DNA of 64,000 nt from positions 140,182,001-140,246,000 of the forward strand of contig JBITNC010000001.1 of assembly GCA_050084985.1 (NCBI GenBank). The letters run 5' to 3'. The DNA is from Nageia nagi (taxonomy: Eukaryota; Plantae; Pinophyta). Shown in pieces: positions 51,689 to 64,000 of this stretch. The stretch's first letter is position 1. Each line of letters begins with the position of its first letter. A model generated the notes under the pieces. The model saw nothing but the letters and a program-made list of their open reading frames with translations, did no database searches and was not told the origin of the DNA. A program made the translations under genes and the position numbers.

Positions 51689-52600
51689 TATAATTATATA
51701 AAATCAATTAGATCAATAATTAATTATATATCTACAATATAATATTGATATTGATATTCTCTTAAATCATGCATATTGGATTAGATCTATAATGAACGAA
51801 GCATGAATTTTATATATGGTATCTCTAGCTACGCTATGAACTCCTTTCTAATCTTGGAAATATCAATATGTAGAGAGGACATCACAAATATCATGCTATT
51901 AGTTGAGGAACTATGCCAATATTATATATATGAGATATGATACCTTCTGCATCGAGATGAACTACTCTTCAAGTTTGGATCACTCTTCTAACAAAGTGAA
52001 TCCTACAGAAGTAGCCTAAACACAAAGAATGGAAAATAACATGTAGCAATAGGGCATAACAAATCTAAGCCTATGAGTGGTGTTGATAGAAATGATTGTA
52101 ATTATGGCTTTCTCCTTAGACTTGCTTGCTTCTCCTTGATGATTCCAAGATTAATGAATTTATTGCCTTGATCTTCTTTTATACATTACTGGTGGTATTT
52201 TTCTTAATATTTACATATTACATTACTTTTCTTAATATTTACATCTATTACATTTCTTGTGATGCTTTTCGTGATATTTGCATCCTTTTTTATTATTATT
52301 TTTAGATACCATAAATATGATTTTATAATAAATAGAAAATAACTTTTAGGTTCTATAATTTCTCCCTCTTTAGATATGTAGTGGAATAAATTAAAATTAC
52401 ATAATCCAAATAATTAAGGAAGAAAAAGGTATTCCTAAAATTGAACTATACTTCCTTGATCATTGTTGATTTGATGCTCCTTTTATGCCCCTTTTTTAGT
52501 TGTTTATGCATGAATCAAAGATGAAGGATGAAGCTAAGATAAAAACTAATTGAATGATCTTGTAAAAAATCTTTAATCTCAAAGAGTGTCCCTTTTTTTT
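51689..52600 (-). mobile_element. Second LTR copy (51689-52357) with PPT and 3' UTR of the same family
   Basis: Aligns end to end with 50958-51679. PPT at 52361-52371; 52372-52500 resembles the 3' UTR at 42020-42160. Confidence 0.8.
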
Positions 52601-54260
52601 CCCTAAGAATTCACCATAAATAGGATCCAAGGTAAAAATTTTTATCTTCTAGCTTGAAGGATCAACGATTCAAATCTCTACTCTCTAAGATTAAGGAAGA
52701 TGGTCCTTAATATTTGCTTTGGATTTTTTATTTCTATATTATTATATCCTAAGAGAATTAAAAGATAGTCTATTGAACTATTATGCTATATCTAAACTTG
52801 CATGACTAAAAAATTTCACTTCATTAAAATCCTACCTATAGACAAAAAACTTTATTGACAATGTTATCCTAGTGTATACTTATGTATAATTCTACATTTT
52901 GGTAGACCTCGAAAGTATATTTAATATATTTGAAGCATCCTTTTGTAGATTGTGAAAGTTCTAAAATCATTCCAATGAAAATAAGCTAAGTAATAAAAGT
53001 ACTTGGGAAGAGATGACATCATGCAAAGTTTCATTTTTGTCTCAACACTAGACTCAGAGAGAGATGATGTCATCAAAAGAGTTTACGACCCCCGAAGAAA
53101 AGAGAATAGAGGAAAAATGAACTAAGGAAAAGAGGGCTTCAAAAGAAATACTATACAAAGTGCGAAGGTCCCATTTTTGTTCTTATTATTGGGCTCAGGG
53201 TAGGATGATGTCATCAAGAAGCATTCATAATTCTAGTTTGGTTCAATTCAAAGCTTTGAAAGAAGAGAAGATATAAGAACAAAGGCCCAAAAAGGCTCAC
53301 AATGTCATCTTCACCTTCAAAACCATAGGATTAGCACTTGGAAACTTTTAAAATAGCTTTTTACCTCCAAAGAAGTAGGAATAGTTACTAAAAACCCTAC
53401 TAGAATTGTAGACCATTACAGAAGATTTCAAGAAAGATGTAGGTGGTTAGAAGAACTCAAAAGATGTAACTACCGATCAAGAAGACTTTGGAAAAGAAGA
53501 CCAGGCTTACTAAGGCATTTTTTGTAACCATCCATTCTTTTCAGTTACTTGGTTATTACTTTATTTTTTGTATAAGTAGAGGTAGTAATAACTCAAAAGG
53601 GTTGGAATCCTTATTATTTCCCTTTGCATTTATTTTCAAAGACCTTTTATTTTCATTAGCAAATATGATACTATATTGACTTTTCTTTCCCAACACTTGT
53701 TACAATTATTCTTAATTTGATTATGTTGTGGCAATCGATGAATATTTCTTGAATAATAATAGCAATGTATTGGACTATGTCTGTTACTTGGTAAATATAT
53801 GCTAAGAAATAATTAAGGGAGTGAAAGCTTGCTTTATGGTTGCTACGCTAGATTCTTGCCAAAGTTTCACACATTTTGGAAGCTCGTGCTAAACTAGTGA
53901 TTCACCCTTTGCTTTAATCCTTGTTACCTTATCTCTTTATTTTATTTCTTGCACTTTACCCTTTTATTTCTATCTAATTACTTGCTATTTAAAGTTATGC
54001 CCAATGTATAAGGAATCGACCTTCTCCAAAGATCAAATTATCATGGATAGTCTATTCATAGTATACTATTATTGAGGTTGTAGCGGGTGAAGATATTACA
54101 CAATCTTAATCAACAGTATATATTTTGGCATGCCCGGTGGGACATAAAAAAATTTTGGTGACTCTGTTAGAAGTGGAAGTGATGGTAGGTATACAAATGA
54201 ATCCTTTACAGTCATCATTTCATTTTTAGAACTCGTAGTTTTGTTTTGTTATTAAATTTT

Positions 54261-57200
54261 ATGTGGATAAGATCTAAATCTAAGGCAGCAAAAGAAGTTC
54301 CAAGATTTGAAGAACTTGGTGTTCCAAAGAGAAAGACCCTAATCAAGTATAGATCTTTGAGTAGTATCAATACTTTAGTAACTCCATATAAACCAGTACC
54401 TTTTAATCTTCCAAAGATGGCTAATCTAGGTCCAAATATTTATCCTACATGGGAAAATGGGGTAACCATAGCCTTGGCTACTTTACATGATATATCAGCT
54501 AGTGTTTTTAAAACTTTACTAGAGTTTGATGCAACAATGGAGAAAATAGCTTATGAGCATTGTGTTGGTGTAGCCAGTTTGGCTAAAAGTCATAATATTC
54601 AGCATGAAGATGTTATGATGAGGCTGTTGGTGCAATCATTTAAGGGTAAAGTCCTTGATTTGTACCAAGGCCTTGCTAGTGGATCTATTACTTCATGGGC
54701 CCAATTGGAAGAACCCTTTATTTTAAAGTTTAATGAAGTAGGAGATCCTTTCTCCTTATTAACCTAATTCACTTCTATCAAGAGATATGAATAGGAGAAC
54801 ATTCTAGACTTCAACATTAGGTTCCAAAAGTCTTGGAAGAGAGTTTTGATGTTAGTTAGGCCTCAAAAATCTCAAGCTTTGATGTATTACCTAAGAGACT
54901 TCCCTCTTAATCTTTCATTACAAATTCAAAATTCAAGTGTTAATACATTCCTAGAAGTTTAGAGGCAAGCAACATTTTTTGACGCTTATGTCATTTCGAT
55001 AAGAAAACTACCAAGTTGAATGCTAATGCCATACTTTCTAGTATTACCTCAAAATCAAGTTTTAAACCCCCAAGCAATCTGCATGGCTCCACCTTTGGCT
55101 AGTATTCCTACCCTTGTGCAATAGTTTCCTCTATCTTTGCCTACCCCAAGAGTTCCTTTGGCTTTACCTACTCCACCTGAGCTTGGGGTGAATCAGGTAG
55201 TTTTGACACAAAATGAGATCTAAGAGTTGAAAGTTTTATGTCAAAACATGGCAAACCAAATTACCCTTTTGAGTAGATAGAAAAATGCTATAAGGTTCTT
55301 GTATCCAACTATTAAAAAGTTTCAAAATTAGCATGTTCTAGTAGAGAATACAAATTAGGTCTCTACTTTTGAACAAGTTGTGGGCTTATGCCTAGCTTGT
55401 AATGATGCTCATGACAAATGTCTTATCCCATCTATTAGTATCAGGAATATTTTTCAAGAAATGGGGGAATCCCTACTCTTGATATAACTAATGATAGAAG
55501 TCAAAATGTTAACTTGATGAATTTTGCTCCATCTAATGTTGGTGTTTTTGATGTGGAGATAAGTTCTATAAAGAGGCCATATGTATCAAATTATCAAGAT
55601 AAAAAGTTTGAACCTTAGAAGAACCAAGATCTAGTGACTACTAACAAAGTTGATGTTACTTCTAGTTCAAAAGACAAAGCACTTGTAAAAGAAGTTTTAC
55701 CTCATAAATTTCCAATTTTGAAAGATAAATAGATGATGAAAATTGATGAAGCTAGTGATCAGATCATCCAAAAACTTTGATTCCCTTCACTCACCAGACA
55801 CTAGAGGAGAGATGATACTCAACAATTCCAACAAAAATTTGTGAACAAATATGGTAAGCCTCAACCCATTCCTAATTTCAATATTATTGAGGAATTGAAA
55901 AGAACTTTGGTTAGGGTGTCTTTATTTGATGCATTAAATATTCCTAGGTAAATTGACCTATTGAGAACAATCTTAATTGCATTAAGTGAAGGAATGGATA
56001 GGGTGTTGAATTTGTTTGAAACATCTAAGTATCCAAGTATGCAAAAACATAAGCCCCCAGCTTTCTATATGACTTTAGAAATTGAAGGGTATGTGTTACA
56101 TAATTATCTACTTGACTCTGAAGTAGCCACTAATGTCATGCCTAAAGCAATATGTGATGTCATGCGATTACCCCTTACAAGGACATCTATAGGAGTATTA
56201 CAATTATATTGAACACTAGTCAAATATGTTGGTATTATTAAAGATATAGTTGTGAAGTTACACAAGTGTCTTTATATGGTAATTACATAAGAAATTGTAG
56301 TGGTTGAACTACCTCCCTTGTTTGGGTTATTTCTATCTTGGGAGTTCACAACAAAGATAGGAGGTTATCTAGCAATGGACTATACATATTATCTAATTCC
56401 TTATGGAGACAAGAGGGTTAGACTAGATAATGAAAAGATTGCTAATGTGCATGTTTAAAAAAAAGAGGAAGTCGATGCATTGTTGATTCAATTAGAAGAG
56501 ATGGATCAGTTATTAGAAGAATTACAAATTTAGGATCTCCATTCTATGAATATGCTCAACACAATCCATGTTATGGAGTTTGGGAATTACTATTTGATGG
56601 AACTAGATTCTTTCATACCTAAACTCACTACTAAAGACTTCAAAAAAGGTGAGATTTGGGAAATGTTCTTTGATGGAGCTAAATCCAAAAATGGATCAAG
56701 CATTGGAATAGTATTGATTGATCCTACTAAAAAGTTCCACAAGTTTTCATATAGAATTACATGGTTGTGCACCAATAATGCATCCAAATATGAAGCCCTT
56801 TGTTTTGGTTTAGAACAAGCAATAATAATGAAGATTCGATGCTTGAAAATCAAAGGAGACTTAGAGTTAGTGGTGAATTAGGTTACAGGAAAATGTTTTG
56901 TAAGGCATCATTATCTAAAATCTTATAGAAATAGGGTATGGGATTTTTTTGAAAACTTTGAAGATCTATAGATATAGTTAGTCCCTAGAAAGTTGAATTT
57001 GAATGTTAATGCTTTAGCTCAAATGGGAGCCAATTTTGACCCCACAAATGATTAGTTTTGGAGAAAGGGAGTTCAACTCATTTTTAAACCCTCTATTCCA
57101 AATGATGACTCCTTTTGTTAGGGTTTCCAATATGAAGCTCAAATTAATCAATTCTTGTTGTAGCAATTTGTGTGTCATGCTATTGGAGAGAAAGACCTAG

Positions 57201-60119
57201 ATTTTTTTAGGGAATAGGATGTGATTCAATTGAATAATAACACCATTCCAAAGGATCTAATTCCATTAGAAGGGTTATTTTATAGAAAGGATCAAGCTAA
57301 AAGAAGAGTTATTAACATAAACCTTGATAATTTTAAAGAGTATGAAATATTTCCTAGAAAATTTATTAAATTTGGTACATGTAACACTATTCAAGAAACT
57401 TAAAAAATCATACAGTTGTGCAAAGTTTATGCTGACATAATTTCTTATTCTTATGAAGATTTAAAGGTGTTCGATAAATCTATAATCCAACATACTATTG
57501 AATTAATCGAAGATGCCAAACCTATAAGACAAAAGCAAAGGCCTGTTAATCCTAAGATAGAGCTTACCATGAAATAGGAAATATTGAAGTTGTACAAAGC
57601 TGGTATAATTTATCCCATAAAGCATTCTACATGGGTGGCTAACTTGGTACATATTAGGAAAAAGAATGGCAAGGTCAATTATGTGTAGATTTTAGGGGTT
57701 TAAACAAGGTTTCTTTGAGAGATCGTTATCCTTTGCCCACAATGTAACAAATATTAAACATTGTAGCTAGAGTAGAATGCTTCTCTATAATATATAATTT
57801 CTCTAGATACAATCAAATATGGGTTAATAATGAAGATCGATTCAAGACTACCTTTATAATAAAATGTGGAACTTTTGCCTTTCAAAGAATGCATTTTGGG
57901 CTATCTAATATTGGAGCAACTTTCCAAAGAGCAATGGATCATGCTTTTGGGGATTTGATAAATAAAATCTTATTGGCATATCTAGATGATATTACTATAT
58001 TTTCACACAAGAAAGAGGATCACATTCAACATTTAGAACATGATTTTATTAAATGTAAGAGGTTTTTAATTTTCATTAATCCAAAAAAGTCTATCTTTGT
58101 AGTAAATGAAGGCAAACTCTTGGGTCATGTGATTTCTAAAGAAGGATGGTCAGTTGATCTTGATAGAGTTGAAGCTACTAACAGACTATCTCTACCTTCT
58201 AATAGAAAAGCTTTGGAGTCCTTCCTAGGATAAATCAATTTTGTAAGAAGATTTATCCATGAATTCTTAGGTACTATTAGACCCATTACTACAATGTTAA
58301 AAAATTATGCCACTTTTGTATGGAACGAGGAAGCGAAGCAGGCTTTTGAACAAATCAAATCAACAATAACCAAAGCTTCGATATTAATAAATCCAAATTT
58401 TAATAAAGAATTCATATTATATGCATGTGGTTCTTAGGTAAGTGTTGTTGTTGTGTTAACACAAAAATATGACAATAATGATGAACATCCTATTGCTTTC
58501 TTCATTCAAACTATGAACAACTATAAAGAGAAGGACACTTTCATCAAAAAATAAGTGTTAGCAATCTTGAAAGCCCTTAGCAAGCTAGAACATTATATAG
58601 CTCAAAGTAAAATATTGGTCCTAACTATTCACCCAAATATCAAGTCTTATATCATGCAAGGTGAGATGGGTGAGGGAAGGCCTAGTTAGATCTCCAAAAT
58701 CCCCAAATATGATGTAGAGATTCTCCCTACCAAGCTTATAAGGGGAAGAGCTCTTTGCAAATAGCTAGCAAGTGAAATCAAACAAGGAGAAAGAATGATG
58801 TATTTCTTGGAACAAGAGGTTTCAAATGCAAGTCCCAATAAAGAAGTAGGAGATTGGATGTCTTAGTTGGATAAGTACTTCCAAACCAAAAACTTTTCTT
58901 CACACCTCAATGCTTCACAAAGAAGGAGATTTAAGATTCATGCTCAAAACTACATGGAGATAGATTAGGTTCTCTATAGAAGAAATCATGATGAGGTTTT
59001 GTTAAGGTGTGTGCCTTTATCCAAGACTACTCAGTTAATCAAGGAGTTTCATTTTGAAGTTTTCAAAGGACATTATTTTAGCTATACTAGATTAGGTAAA
59101 ATTGTACAGGCAGGTTATTACTAGCCTACCATGTTACAAGAGGTATTTGCAAAAGCTACAAGCTATGAGAAATATCAAAAATTTGTAGGTAAGAGGAGAA
59201 ATGCAGCTCTACCATTACAACTAATTATTACAAAAGAACCCTTTTAGCAATGGGGGTTGGATTTCATTGGGGTTATTAATCCTAATTCTTCAACCAAACA
59301 TAAATTTATTCTCACTGCAATGGATTATTTTACCAAGTAGCCAAAGCCTGAAGATGCTAGAGGAGTAGATCAAAAAATCATCATCAAGTTCATTGAAAAA
59401 CTAATGACCAAGTATGGAATCCCTCAAACAATTATATCTGATAATGGTCCAACTTTCTTTGGGGCAAGGTATCTAAGTTTGTTTTGAAGTATGGGATTTA
59501 TTGGAAAGCTTTCTCAAATTATTATCCCTAAGGAAATGGATTAGCTGAGTTTACTAACAAAACCCTTATGAGGATCTTAAAAAGAATAATGGAGGATAAT
59601 CCCCATTCATGGTATAAGAAGCTAAATTAGGCCTTATGGGCAAATAGGATTACTATCAAATCCATAATTAAAACCATTCCTTATGTGCTTGTGTATGGAA
59701 AAAGGGCTCAATTGCATACTCATATAGAGCTCTTAGCCCTGAGGATTTCTCAAGAATATAATGGTGAGTTTGAACCATTACAAGTTCAGATGAATGAACT
59801 ATTGCATCTCAAAGAATCCTAGGAAAAAGCTTATATGGATTTACAAGGCAATAGCAAAATTATAAAGAAATGGTTTGGTAATCAAAAAGCATCATCAAAA
59901 ATTTTTAGAGAGGGAGAGTTAGTTCTAAAATGGGATGAGGACAAGGTAAAGCTAGGTAAACATAAGAAGTTTGAATCATTATGGTCTAGGCCTTATTTAA
60001 TAGCAAAATGTATTGTAGAGGATGCCTTCATATTGGCCAAGCTTGACAGGCATGAATTACTAATTACAATAAATAGCCAACACTTAAAGTATTATCAACC
60101 CATGTGGGTGGGAAATTAA
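54261..60119 (+). pseudogene. Decayed gag-PR-aRH-RT-RH-INT polyprotein
   Basis: gag EDVMMRLLVQSFKGK; PR LLDSEVATNVMP; aRH WEMFFDGAKSKNG..CTNNASKYEAL..IKGDLELVVN (56657-57020); RT MHFGLSNIGATFQRAM..AYLDD; RH EHPIAF; INT WGLDFIG, ISDNG, GNGLAE, KFESLWSRPY. Confidence 0.92.
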
Positions 60120-60541
60120 GATGAAATGAATGAGAATTACCTTGTAAATATGGAAATATTATGGAGTATGTTTGCTTTATGCATTTATTTTGTTTGTTGT
60201 TCCAAGGTTCTAGTTTCCAATGAAGTCATGTCAACATTTAATGAAGTCAGCTTAGTTGTTACATTATGAAAAGAATACTAAATAAGGTTGTATGCATGAT
60301 TCATATTTAATTAAAAGTATAAATGTATTGCTCATGCAAGGATTTGAAGGCATTCAAGACAAACTCTATATCCTTAAGCAATTGATTTCAGGAGAGCATA
60401 AAGTTTTCTCGAGCAAAAAAAGTTTCTAAGTTTAAAGCATTCAACAGCTGAGTTTTCTAAATAGTAAGAAGTCTTTGGAGGGCATTGTTGTAGTAGGAGA
60501 ATCAGTGTTTGAGGGTAGTTTTAGTTGTTCAAGCAATTTAA

Positions 60542-63500
60542 ATGTCTCATGCATAGGGAAAGAATTTGAAGAAGTTCACCATCTCTATGGAGCTATTATG
60601 GGATACTAAGATCATGGTGAAGAATAAAAATCCAAAGGGCATAGCTAAAGATAAGTGCCTAATTTTCAATTTTAATCATATTTCACATTAACCCATGGGA
60701 TTTGGTTTAATGTACTTCATACCTCATAGATGTCTCCCTACCCTAAAGCTTATTGAATTGATAAAAGGGGCCTTTAACCCATCAAATAGGGTAGTTAGGG
60801 ACTCTCAGGAAAAAATAATTTAGAATTTGACTCACCAAGCCATTGTAGCTTCTTTCAACCCACCTACATCTCAAATAACCCCTATTTTATTATACCCTAA
60901 CATGATACCTACCCCCATGATGAGCTTGAAGGTTGTAATCTGGATAAAGAAGTGTTCTACTATAGATTTCATGGAATTATTGCAAACAAATGTCCCTATA
61001 TCTCTTTTCTCTCTTCTATCTATGATCAGAATAGTGATGGGAGAAGAGATTGAGAGATTTGCATCACCTACATAATTAGCTATCGCTTACAGAATCTCTC
61101 ATCCCTCTAACCCCACCATATTTGATTGGTTGATAGTAATTTTGGATGGTATCATAGAGTAGCTAACCACAATAGATGAGAGTTCCCATTTTGCTTATGT
61201 ATCATACATTGTTTGGATTTTCATCCATCAAAACCCTAGTTCTTTCACTAGGTTAAATTTGAGAAAAATTAATAGTAATGGAGTTATCAGATTTATGGAT
61301 AATTGGAATGAAGAGATTAGGTCTTCATGATGTTATTATTCATTTGTAGAATATTTTCCATTCCTAGCAATGGCCTTGATCAATAGGCCACTACCTAGAC
61401 TATTAGAAGCCTCCAAGTTTTATTTGAGAGTCCCTTAGGGTGATATCAAAGATTAGTATTTCATGGAAAATAAAACTATCATCTGATTATATGGATATTC
61501 TAGCACTCCTTTTCTATTACCCATGCATGTGATACATTGGGTCTTTAGCATTGAATATGCCTGATAATTGGACTATATAGATTCCAAATATGGTACTACA
61601 ACCAAGAAGAGGTAGATCTACCTCATTCCCCATCAAATTAATAATTTGGTGCTTCAAGGTAGGGGAGGATGTGAATTATTGAAGAAAAAATTAACTATGT
61701 TGAAGTTGAAGAGGTTAAATCAATACTAGTTGTATATTCCAGAAGAATGTTTCTAGAAGAAGATGAAATTATAGCCAAACCCACCAAGCTTCAGAGTTGA
61801 GCGAAGAAGTGAAATTAGAAATGGAGTAACAAGAGAGAAAATGAAGCCCTAATTCCCACATCCATGGTCACCAAGGATTTACTTCCATCATGGATAAGTT
61901 TTATGAAATCAAAGTGAATTATGGCCCTAAGAAGGATAGTATTTTGAAGAATGCTATATAAGAGCTTAAGGGTAAAAAGTGACCTAATGAGAAGATAACA
62001 ACTTTTAATCAGTAACAGATTGAATTTGAAAATCAATTTGCACCATTAGATTCAAATATGGATGATATATTTATAAAAATGTGGCATCTAGGGCATCCTA
62101 ATGATATTGATTCTTTAGATGAAGGCTCTTAAGATGTAGAAGAAAATAACCAAAAGGAAGAGCAAGCCCAAGTGCTAGAAGAGGATGTCTTGAAGAATTT
62201 TCCATAAAAGGGTAAAAAGGCATATTCTTCAAAGAGAAAGGCTTAGACCAATCTTCAAAGCAAATAGCCACAAAAGCACACCAAATAGACCATCTTGCAT
62301 TTAGGTATGCACTCTCATCTTGCTACTTCTTCTTCCACCCCAATCTCTTAATCAATCCTAGTTGTATCTCAATAAATCCTAGTTCTCCCATCCATAGTAG
62401 TATCAATCACATCTACATTAGCTATATCTCAAGCACTCCCACCTCCACTCTCCACCTTAGTGATACAATTCATTACCCCCATCACTCAATCTTCCCTAGT
62501 GTCTACAATCTCACTTTCACTAGTGAACCTAGCCATAAATGTCAATTTAGGCCCTGCTCAAGCTAGCCCTTCAATGTTGGCTAAGCAAATCATATATACA
62601 CCAATGTAAGATTTGATCCCTAATTTACCATTTATCACCATGTTCAAGTAGTAGCAGGTGTCCATTGATGGAATAATGAAGTTGTATCAATAAGTGAAGG
62701 TCAATTAGGAGGCCTAGATGGATAGGCAACTAAAGAAGATCCCTATACCAAATAATCCAATAAGGCTCTAGAGTTTTTTGGATTCTAAAAGCAAAATCTT
62801 GGAGATGGTAGTTGCTCATGAATCCTAAGAAGGTCCTAAGGACCTCACAACCATGAATACAAGCATCAAGATAGACTTGGCCAACATGCTCAAGAAAGAT
62901 AAGAATGAGCTATTGCACATTGTAGTTAACTTGAATATTTTTGAAGTTACAAAACTAGAGGCCAAGTATAACCAAGTGTCAAGGCTAATGAGGCACTTAG
63001 GAAGCAGCTAGAGCTTCAAAACTCTAAGTTAAAAGCTACTAATAATCAAATTGATGGGTTGAAGAAAGCATTGGCCAACACCCCTATAGTCGATATACTA
63101 GAAAAGAAAGATGCTATGCTTTCTAAAAAAGAGGTAGAATTAGGTAGGAAGGAAGCTACCATTGTTGCAAAGGACCAAGAGATATCAAATAAAAATATTA
63201 AAATTACATTAAAGGATACAACCATTAGTAGTGTGAATGCTAATTTGGCTCATCTACAACAACTTGAACATACAAATAAAGTAGACAAGGCATTTTTACT
63301 AAAAATAAAAGAAGAAATGTGGAGGTCAATTACTTCAAACTTGAAAATTTTGATACAATTTCAAGATCATGTAGAGGTTTTCTTTGAAGGGCTAAATAAG
63401 CTTAGTGCAAAAGTGCTCAAGAAGAAAGCTAGTTGTGAACCATTAATAGAGGATGCCAAGAAGATCATTGAGAAAATGAGCAAGGTTTTTAATGAGAAGT

Positions 63501-63952
63501 TGAAGGTTTTAAATCTGGGGATTAGGATGGAGATATTAACATGGATTAATCATCATATGTGGGGGAAAGGAATCTATGATGTTATAGAAAAAAGCCTACC
63601 CAAATGGCAAGGTAAGATTGATTCTTTAAAGGGAGAGCTTCAAGACATAGTATCTTTGGGGATACCTATTTTATGGAGGATGGATAAGGCACCTTTTCTA
63701 GATGCAGAGTTTTTAAGCAAAATTCAAGAGGTAGTGATAGATAGTTTAGATGTAGATATCTTGATAGCTTCATTCAATGAGATAAGTATACTGCAATTCT
63801 TTGATTACTCTAGGAGAATAAAAGTTAAGCTACAAAAATTCCTTCAAACCTATGGCCAAATTTATTATGATATTCCAAATTTAATGGCTTTTTATGAATT
63901 TCAATTGAAGGATTTACCTAATGTCCAAGAGAATTGGCACAAGGTGCAATAA
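60542..63952 (+). pseudogene. Decayed ~1100-codon extra ORF downstream of pol; C-terminal 297 codons (63059-63952) still open and coiled-coil-like
   Basis: One frame runs from ATG 60542 through the 60827 ORF with only in-frame stops. Later blocks: FDWLIVILDGIIE*L, YFMENKTII*LYGY..PFLLP, an S/T/P-rich linker (62300-62600), then K/E/L heptads. Confidence 0.7.
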
Positions 63953-64000
63953 TTGATTGGTGGTTAAGTGATGTTTTTAGCATTCTACTTATCTAGGTCC

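Larger units (their letters stand above)
52837..64000 (+). mobile_element. Tat-type Ty3/gypsy with aRH before RT; 5' LTR ~52837-54122; 3' end beyond the window
   Basis: LTR start TATAGAC (decayed TGTAGAC). PBS TGGCATGCCCGGTGGGAC at 54126-54143 (tRNA-Arg type). Followed by gag-pol and an extra ORF. Confidence 0.9.

Overview
AT-rich eukaryotic nuclear DNA, most likely from a large gymnosperm-type plant genome (inferred from the retrotransposon families). Most of the window is old, nested retroelement debris decayed mainly by C>T changes. In order: a minus-strand chromovirus-like Ty3/gypsy (1-1856); a 5'-truncated Tat/Ogre-type gypsy with a ~6 kb 3' region (3110-13020); a LINE interrupted by a full-length Ty1/copia (13147-26212, TSD CAAGT), whose 5' LTR holds a second, non-autonomous copia (13586-21579, TSD AGTTC); a copia RT fragment; minus-strand Tat/Ogre sequence (41435-52600) with a PPT-LTR-LTR-PBS junction; and a plus-strand Tat with the order PR-aRH-RT-RH-INT plus a ~1100-codon extra ORF (52837-64000). 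The only host gene is a minus-strand P-class PPR gene resembling Arabidopsis At1g52640 (~38.2-40.0 kb). Its 3' half is full of small deletions and its C-terminus appears three times, probably an assembly artefact. About 9 kb of TE-poor sequence downstream carries minus-strand splice signals. No prokaryotic-type system (CRISPR etc.) is supported. All family assignments come from motif recognition by eye, not database searches.
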